Source: a bacterium (GTDB taxonomy: Bacteria > UBA8248). From it: a stretch of DNA of 64,000 nucleotides. Made by a program: the position numbers and the translations under genes. The first letter of the stretch is position 1; each line of letters begins with the position of its first letter. The stretch spans positions 800,001 through 864,000 of the forward strand of contig CBDCRP010000003.1 in assembly GCA_965221165.1 (NCBI GenBank), given 5' to 3'. The notes below the pieces were generated by a model. The model made no database searches. It saw nothing but the letters and a program-made list of their open reading frames with translations, and was not told the origin of the DNA. Positions 11,715-18,122 of the stretch are shown here, piece by piece.

Positions 11715-11843
11715 GTTTTATAATAACAAAATATGTAGAAATTTTTAACCCTCGTACAGGAAGGCACCCGCTCACTCGGCGGGGAAAAGGCGGTTTCCTC
11801 CGTAAACAAGCCCACATTTCAAGGATATATGGGAAGCAGGCCT

Positions 11844-11871
11844 TTGCAAAAAGACAAAAAAGGAGTATATT
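11844..11871 (+). promoter_or_regulatory. Putative sigma70 promoter of the Fe-S carrier gene
   Basis: TTGCAA-N16-TATATT about 60 nt upstream of the ATG at 11934. Confidence 0.45.
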
Positions 11872-11933
11872 CAAAACTGTAGAGACAAAAACAAATTTCA
11901 ATCGCCATCATCAAGGTCAAGGAGAGGCAACCG

Positions 11934-12317
11934 ATGTCGGATGGAGCGATCAATTTGTTCGATCAATCTCAAAAGAAACCGCAAGCGCTTGAAGGCATTG
12001 CCGTTACGCCAACCGCCGCCGGGAAAGTGATCGAGATTCTCGAAGCGGAAGGTAAAACCGGCCACGGCCTGCGCCTCGCCGTCACCACAGGTGGATGCTC
12101 CGGTTACAACTACGGCCTTTATTTCGAGGAATCCGCCAACCCGGAGGATAAGATATTCTCCGTCGATGGGTTCGACGTGTTCGTGGACCCCCAGAGCTAT
12201 CCCGTCATCGCGGGAACGGAGATCGATTTCGTCGATGGCCTGCAAGGCTCGGGATTCAAGATCAACAACCCAAACGCCATGAGCATGTGCGGTTGCGGCA
12301 AATCGTTCACCACCTGA
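11934..12317 (+). CDS. A-type iron-sulfur carrier (HesB/IscA/ErpA family)
   Basis: GGCSGYNY and C-terminal CGCGKSF motifs. Confidence 0.93.
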   Translation: MSDGAINLFDQSQKKPQALEGIAVTPTAAGKVIEILEAEGKTGHGLRLAVTTGGCSGYNYGLYFEESANPEDKIFSVDGFDVFVDPQSYPVIAGTEIDFVDGLQGSGFKINNPNAMSMCGCGKSFTT

Positions 12318-12334
12318 TCGAACAATGCCTTACG

Positions 12335-12368
12335 AGCCCCGGGCGTGATGAGTCCGGGGCTTTTTTTT
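12335..12368 (+). terminator. Intrinsic terminator after the Fe-S carrier gene
   Basis: AGCCCCGG...CCGGGGCT stem followed by a T8 run. Confidence 0.8.
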
Positions 12369-12390
12369 ATGATGAACGAGAGATTTCGCC

Positions 12391-13845
12391 ATGAGTCGAA
12401 ACGATAAGACATCTAAGTGGCAATCACCCGGCGCCGTCGTCCTCATCTCCTGCTACGAATTGGGACACCAGCCACTGGCCGTCGCCTCGCCCCTGGCTTT
12501 TCTGCGCGAAGCGGGTTTTCAGCCCTGGGCGATGGACGTGGCGGCGGAGGATTTTTCCCAAGAGAAAATAGCGAATGCGAAATTCGTCGGCATCAGCGTA
12601 CCGATGCACACGGCGCTCAGGCTCGGCGTGGAAGTGGCGGCGAAAATTCGCGAGACGAACCCGGAGTGCCACATTTGCTTCTATGGCCTCTACGGCCTGC
12701 TCAACAAGGACTATCTTCTCGAAAACGGCGCGGATTCGACCATAGGCGGAGAGTTCGAATGGCCGCTCGTCAAGCTCGTTCAGGAACTGTCCCGAGCCTC
12801 TGGCATCATTGAGGTTCCCGGCGCAGCCACGAGAGAGCGCACATCCGGCCCGTATCTCGAAAAAATTCCCCTGCTCAAGCCCGAACGAGGGGGATTGCCC
12901 CCGCTTCAGGCATACGCGCATCTCATAAGCGGGGAGAACCACTATCCCGCCGGGGCCGTCGAGGCGAGCCGAGGCTGCAAGCACTTGTGCCTCCATTGCC
13001 CCATTCCACCGGTGTACGAGGGCCGTTTCTTCATCGTTCCCCAGGAAAAGGTTTTAGAAGACATCGAAGATTTGGCCGCGCAAGGCGCGCGCCACATCAC
13101 CTTCGCGGACCCGGATTTCCTGAACGGCCCATCTCACGCGCTTCGGGTCGCGCACGCCTTACACGAGAGATTTCCCGCGCTCACTTTCGACTTCACCGCC
13201 AAGGTGGAACACCTCATCAAGCATGAGGAGCTTCTGCCGCAGTTCGCAGAATTCGGATGCGCGTTTTTCGTCACCGCGGTCGAGTCTTTGAGCGACCTCG
13301 TGCTCGGGCATCTGGACAAGGGACACACCAAAGAAGACGTCTTTCGCGCCGTGCAAGCGGCCCGGGAAGCGAACGTCTCGATTCGGCCATCCCTGGTCGC
13401 ATTCACCCCTTGGACAAGCGCACAGGATTATTTTGATTTGCTGGATTTTATTGAAGAAAACGCCTTAATCGATGAGGTCGACCCCATTCAAATGGCCATC
13501 AGGCTTCTGGTGCCCCCGGGTTCCCATCTGCTCGACTCCCCCTACATGGAGGGATACATCAAGGAGCTCGACGCCGAGAATTTCATCTACCGCTGGGAAC
13601 ATCCGGATGCGAGGATGGACAAACTACACGGGGAGGCGCTCCTCCTCGCCGAGGACGCGGCTGCGCGCCTCGAGGATGCCGCCGTAACTTTTACGAGGAT
13701 TCGCGAATTGGCGGCCGATATTCTGGAGCGCCCCGACGAAGCGCGGGCAAGAGCCGTCTTCGCACCCGATCGAACCCGCCCGCCTCGTTTGAGCGAATCC
13801 TGGTTCTGCTGAGCGGAGCCCACCCAGGGCCAGTTGGCCCTCTAA
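12391..13845 (+). CDS. CUAEP-tail radical SAM selenoprotein (Sec at 13810-13812)
   Basis: B12-binding-like N-terminal domain and CKHLCLHC (CxxxCxxC); reading through the TGA gives ...ESWFC-U-AEPTQGQLAL*, matching the CUAEP/CCAEP-tail family; hairpin downstream of the UGA. Confidence 0.85.
13826..13841 (+). promoter_or_regulatory. Candidate bacterial SECIS element for the radical SAM UGA
   Basis: AGGGCC-AGTT-GGCCCT hairpin; loop begins about 20 nt after the UGA with G at loop position 2. Confidence 0.65.
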
Positions 13846-13860
13846 ATCGCCGGATACGAT

Positions 13861-14211
13861 TTATTTCAAAACCTGTGCGTATGTCTCCTCATCGAAGCCC
13901 ACGATGAGGGTGCTTTGATGTTTGATGACAGGGGCTCTGAGCGTGCCTGAACGACCCATCAAAAGAGCCAGCACGTCGTCTCGCGCAGGCTTTTCTTTTT
14001 TGACGTCCAAGTGAATCACCTTTCGGCCCCTGGTCGAATACACATCCGCTACGCCATCCAAGACAGAATCGACGTTGCCTTCATCCACCACGTCTTTTCT
14101 GGAACTGGCCTGCTCGGATACCTCGATTCCTTTCGACGCAAGAAACGCTTGCGTTTTGGAGCAGGTCTTTCAGCCGGAGCGATGATAATACCAATCCACT
14201 GTCTTCGACAT
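13861..14211 (-). CDS. ArsC/Spx-family thioredoxin-fold selenoprotein, 116 aa (Sec at codon 14, 14170-14172)
   Basis: ATG at 14211 with AGGAG SD gives MSKTVDWYYHRSG-U-KTCSKTQAFL..., in frame with ORF 13861..14091 ending GTLRAPVI...LIVGFDEETY; UxxC motif. Confidence 0.85.
14136..14154 (-). promoter_or_regulatory. Candidate bacterial SECIS element for the ArsC-like UGA
   Basis: mRNA ACGCAAG-CGUUU-CUUGCGU 7-bp hairpin; loop about 22 nt after the UGA with G at loop position 2. Confidence 0.65.
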
Positions 14212-14335
14212 GTCTCAAAATCTCCTGATGAAACGAGAAATCTTCTCGTCCAAACAAACATGGCGGCGGCAAAATGATTCGAGAGTTTCTCGCCCTCAAC
14301 AGACTCATGATGAAGGCGAGAATGCCACCTTTTAC

Positions 14336-15049
14336 TCAAAGGTTCATCACGGCGACGGCGCGCACGGGAGAGCCCGTGCCCGCGCGAATCTTGAGGGGGA
14401 GCCCCACATAGAGAAATTCCTTCCCCGCCACCGCTTCGATGTTCGCCAGGTTTTCCGTGTTGTGGCGCTGGAGTTCCCGGCAAAGCACATGACAGGGAAA
14501 CGTCAATTCCGTGGTGTTCACGCCGGCGTCGATGCTGGGCGCATCTTGGCCGATGTTCACCACGCCGCATTCGCGATAGAGGAAGTTCGCGGCATCGTAG
14601 CCCAGGCCCGGGTACGTGGTGAGATAATCGTCCGTCGGATAAGTGCGCTTGAAATGTCCTCCCGTGAAGAGGAGCGTGCCGTCTTTGGGCGGCGTCAGGT
14701 TCGCCGCCGAAAGCTCATCCTGCAAGAGTTGTAAGGATATCTCCTCCATCGGCTCCACCTTGCCCGTGAAATCCAGCGCAATCGCCCGGGTGATGAACCA
14801 CTCGAGCGGCGCCTGATCGATGTTCGGCGCCGTTTCGCGCTCATCGATATGACTCACCGAATCGGTATGCGTCGGCCCGTGGTCGCACATGTGGAGCATC
14901 ATGGCCGCATAGGTGATGTCCTTCGGCTTGATCGGCGCATTGGCCGCGTCTTCGTGCCGGGCGACGTACTCGATTGTCGTCGCCGGATGCCCGGGAAACC
15001 TGGGCGCACCGGTATAAATCTCCTGGCTCAGATCGATGATTTCGTACAT
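14336..15049 (-). CDS. Cyclase family (kynurenine formamidase-like) metal-dependent hydrolase
   Basis: IIDLSQ, HGPTHTD (variant of HxGTHxD), ENLAN and PLKIRAGTGSPVRAVA; ATG at 15049 with GAGGAG SD. Confidence 0.88.
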   Translation of the reverse strand: MYEIIDLSQEIYTGAPRFPGHPATTIEYVARHEDAANAPIKPKDITYAAMMLHMCDHGPTHTDSVSHIDERETAPNIDQAPLEWFITRAIALDFTGKVEPMEEISLQLLQDELSAANLTPPKDGTLLFTGGHFKRTYPTDDYLTTYPGLGYDAANFLYRECGVVNIGQDAPSIDAGVNTTELTFPCHVLCRELQRHNTENLANIEAVAGKEFLYVGLPLKIRAGTGSPVRAVAVMNL

Positions 15050-15074
15050 GCTAGTCTCCTCAAAAACGCTATAT

Positions 15075-15103
15075 AAAACCCCCGCATGCGAATGCGGGGG
15101 CTT
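15075..15103 (-). terminator. Intrinsic terminator or attenuator between the LLM and cyclase genes
   Basis: CCCCCGCAT-4 nt-ATGCGGGGG stem followed by TTTT on the minus strand. Confidence 0.65.
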
Positions 15104-15120
15104 CCTCGACGAGAAAAATG

Positions 15121-16365
15121 TCAGGCGACGCCGCCGACGGTGACGCCGTTCGAGACCGGACACTCCAGGTCGGGCCACACTTTCGTCATGAACGTTTCCA
15201 GCTCATAAATGACTTCTTCCTTGGGGCATTGCGCATAGTGCCAGATCAGGGTGATGAACTCCGAAGGCACTTTTTCGTACGTTTCCTCCCATTCCCGCTT
15301 GAGCCTGTCCACCGGACCACCCAGGAAGATGCCGCTTTCCTTGATGTTCTGAATCCAGTCGATGCTTTCCGTGTCGTCCGGGAACTGGGGGAAGAAGGGC
15401 ACGTAGAAGTTCTGGTAGATATCCTGATCGTATTTTCTGAGTTTCTCGTCGTACTCTTCTTCTGTATCCGTCACATGAATCCACCGGCAAACGCATTGCC
15501 GCTCACCATGGGCGAAGTTGTGGCCCGCCTTGGCCGCTTCTTCCACGTAGATATGGGAGAATTCCTCCATCTTTTCCAGTTTGGTGAAATATACGGGCCG
15601 GAATCCGTGTCTCGCCGCGAATTTTATGGAATCCGGGCTCGCGCTCACGGCTTGAAACATGGGCGGATAAGGCTCCTGATACGGTTTGGGAACGACGCTC
15701 ACCTTTCTGACCCGATTGTCATCGCCAATCTCGCCGATCCCGCCGGCGTCCCGGGCGCTCTTCCAGGCCGGATAATCGATGCCCTCTTCGTAGGGATAGG
15801 GAATCTCGTAGTAATCACCCTTCACTTCCACCGAATCTTCCTGCCAGAATTTCAGGAGCATCTCGACGCGCTCTTCAAAGATGTCACGGTTCTTCACGTC
15901 GTCGGCCCCGCCGAGGGCGTCGGAGACGGTGGCGCGGGTGTCGCTGAATTGCCCCAGGACGTTCGACCATCTGGACTGATACCCGCGCGCCAAGCCGCAG
16001 AAGAATTTACCCTTGGTGATATGATCGAGTATGGCAGTCTCCTCGGCCACGCGGATCGGATCCTGCGTCGCCATGACGTAACCAAGAGCGCCCACTCTCG
16101 CATTTTTGACATGAGGGGCCCACCATGAGTTCAGAACCCCCGGATTGGGTCCTACTTCATAACCCTCGGAGTGCAGATGATGCTCGATGGTGCTGATGCC
16201 CCATACGCCCATCTCATCGGCCGCCTTCACGATGTCGAGCCATTCATGAAGCACGTGATGGTACAAATCCTTATCCCTGGCCAAAGGTCTTTTTTGCTCG
16301 CGCTCCTCTCGGCTCTCCGTCGGCAGCATGGGATATAGCTGGATAATCACTTTGGGTTTTGCCAT
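15121..16365 (-). CDS. Luciferase-like (LLM class) flavin-dependent monooxygenase
   Basis: EHH motif, DPIRVAEETAILDH..KGKFFCGLARGYQ and PKPYQEPYPP. Confidence 0.88.
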   Translation of the reverse strand: MAKPKVIIQLYPMLPTESREEREQKRPLARDKDLYHHVLHEWLDIVKAADEMGVWGISTIEHHLHSEGYEVGPNPGVLNSWWAPHVKNARVGALGYVMATQDPIRVAEETAILDHITKGKFFCGLARGYQSRWSNVLGQFSDTRATVSDALGGADDVKNRDIFEERVEMLLKFWQEDSVEVKGDYYEIPYPYEEGIDYPAWKSARDAGGIGEIGDDNRVRKVSVVPKPYQEPYPPMFQAVSASPDSIKFAARHGFRPVYFTKLEKMEEFSHIYVEEAAKAGHNFAHGERQCVCRWIHVTDTEEEYDEKLRKYDQDIYQNFYVPFFPQFPDDTESIDWIQNIKESGIFLGGPVDRLKREWEETYEKVPSEFITLIWHYAQCPKEEVIYELETFMTKVWPDLECPVSNGVTVGGVA

Positions 16366-16453
16366 CGCCGTATTCTCCTTCCTCGACAGGAATTTGCTCC
16401 TTCAAGTATCCGAGCAAAGATATTCTTCATCTTTGAGCGCCGGTGGCCGGCGC

Positions 16454-16969
16454 CTATTTCGATGAATACATTTTGTTCTTCACTTTATGGAGAAGCATGG
16501 ATAATTTCTCTCTTTCCTCATCCTCTAAATCATTCATGAGATCCGCTATGCGCGAATAATAGTCGGGGAAAATGGAATTCAGGCTCTCTTTTCCCTTGCG
16601 CGTCAGACGCACGATAGCTTTTCTCCTGTCGCCATCATGGCCGAGGCGCTCGATGAGTCCATCGCGCTGAAGTCCCTTCATCAGCCCCGTCATCGTCGCG
16701 CGCGTCACGCCCGCTTGCTTGGCCAATTCCGACGGGCTGAGGCCCGACCCGTTGTTTCTCACTTGCGAGCGCAGCAACAACAACAAAACGATGAACCTGC
16801 CCTGCGAGACGCCATGATCGGCCAGATACGTTTCAAAGGCAGTGAGCATATCGCTGCCGACTTGCAGAAAAAGATAAAAGAGCATGACCGAAGAAGTATC
16901 CAGAGAGGAATATTCCGGTACGAGGGGCCTGAAATCTTCCTCGTTAGGCAGTTCTTTCATGTAGAACAT
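16454..16969 (-). CDS. MarR family transcriptional regulator
   Basis: SPSELAKQAGVTRATMTGL..GL.RDGLIER...DRR...VRLTRKG winged helix. Confidence 0.92.
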   Translation of the reverse strand: MFYMKELPNEEDFRPLVPEYSSLDTSSVMLFYLFLQVGSDMLTAFETYLADHGVSQGRFIVLLLLLRSQVRNNGSGLSPSELAKQAGVTRATMTGLMKGLQRDGLIERLGHDGDRRKAIVRLTRKGKESLNSIFPDYYSRIADLMNDLEDEEREKLSMLLHKVKNKMYSSK

Positions 16970-16993
16970 GGGTGTGCTCCGAAAGCTAAATGC

Positions 16994-17033
16994 TATGGGG
17001 CCTAATTATATGGGGCCTTACAATCCAAGTCAA
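16994..17033 (-). promoter_or_regulatory. Promoter of marR with two tandem operator-like boxes
   Basis: Minus strand TTGACT-N17-TATAAT (17033-17005); TATGGGGCCT direct repeat at 16994-17003 and 17009-17018. Confidence 0.72.
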
Positions 17034-17245
17034 CCAGCAGTTACCCGCTGACGTTCCATAGCCACAGAATATAACAACGCCGAAAGAAACTCTGTTGTCG
17101 AGGTACTGGAATTTCAACGGAATGAGATATACTATCGTGGGGATGTTGATATCCTGAAAGAGAAAGGATATCAGAGATTAGTGAATAAACTTTGGCCGCT
17201 TCGCCTAAGATATTAAAAGATTGGATATCCAGGAGGATTTCTCAA

Positions 17246-17956
17246 ATGCGCTCTCAAGACTTCACTCGCACGACCGGGCAAAGAGTCATCGCGCAAGACG
17301 CTGCCGCATTCATGCAGCGCGTTTATGGATGGATGACGCTGGGGCTCTTCGTCACCGGCTTTAGCGCGCTCTACGTCGCATCCAGCCCCGCCGCCATTCA
17401 ATTCATCTTCGGAAGTTCCATCTCGGTATTTTTGGTCATCGGCGTTCAACTCGCCCTGGTTTTCTCCATCAGGCCGGTAATGCGCAGCAAAGGCTGGCAA
17501 GCAGGCGCGGTTCTGTTCTTGCTCTACAGCGCCACATTGGGAGTCACCGTTTCCACCTTGCTATTGCGCTACACGTTTACTTCCGTCGCCCAGGCGTTTT
17601 TCGTTACCGGCGGCGCGTTCGGCGGATTGACCCTTTTTGCCTTCGTAACGAAAAAAGACCTTTCGGGGGTGGGCAATTTCTGCATGGTGGGCCTCATCGG
17701 CATCATCCTCGCCAGCGTCGTCAACATGTTCGTAGGCAGTTCCGCCGTTCATTTCGCCATCAGCGTTTTGGGCGTTCTCATCTTTGCGGGACTTACGGCC
17801 TATGACACCCAGAAGATGAAGGAATACGCCTACACCCAGGAGACGGACAACGAAACGGGCAGGCGCGCCTCCATCATGGCGGCGCTCGAACTCTATCTTG
17901 ATTTCATCATGATGTTCATTTACCTTACGCAGCTTCTGGGCGCCTCGCGCGATTGA
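17246..17956 (+). CDS. Bax inhibitor-1/YccA family membrane protein
   Basis: Seven hydrophobic segments; TKKDLS, LTAYDTQK and ALELYLDF motifs; AGGAGG SD. Confidence 0.92.
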   Translation: MRSQDFTRTTGQRVIAQDAAAFMQRVYGWMTLGLFVTGFSALYVASSPAAIQFIFGSSISVFLVIGVQLALVFSIRPVMRSKGWQAGAVLFLLYSATLGVTVSTLLLRYTFTSVAQAFFVTGGAFGGLTLFAFVTKKDLSGVGNFCMVGLIGIILASVVNMFVGSSAVHFAISVLGVLIFAGLTAYDTQKMKEYAYTQETDNETGRRASIMAALELYLDFIMMFIYLTQLLGASRD

Positions 17957-17972
17957 AGAAAAGGTCTTGCTT

Positions 17973-18000
17973 AAAAAAGCCGGGGCTCAGGCCCCGGCTT
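17973..18000. terminator. Terminator-like hairpin after the YccA-family gene
   Basis: AAGCCGGGGC-tcag-GCCCCGGCTT perfect 10-bp stem with a flanking A6 run. Confidence 0.7.
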
Positions 18001-18060
18001 CGTTATAGTGAAAGCTTCACGGCGAATCTATAACCCGCCTGTTTAATTTCCCGAAAATAG

Positions 18061-18069
18061 TGTTATAAT
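18061..18069 (+). promoter_or_regulatory. Extended -10 promoter upstream of the OmpA/MotB repeat gene
   Basis: TGtTATAAT about 55 nt upstream of the ATG at 18123. Confidence 0.5.
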
Positions 18070-18122
18070 GAGATTTATGATAGACGAAACGCCCATAATC
18101 GCCCTCATAGGAGCATAACCTT

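Noticed and set aside
14211-14256. Hammerhead-ribozyme-like string (TGTC...CTGATGA-hairpin-CAAAC)
   Set aside because: The conserved GAAA is CAAA here, and no stem I can form between the GUC and CUGAUGA.
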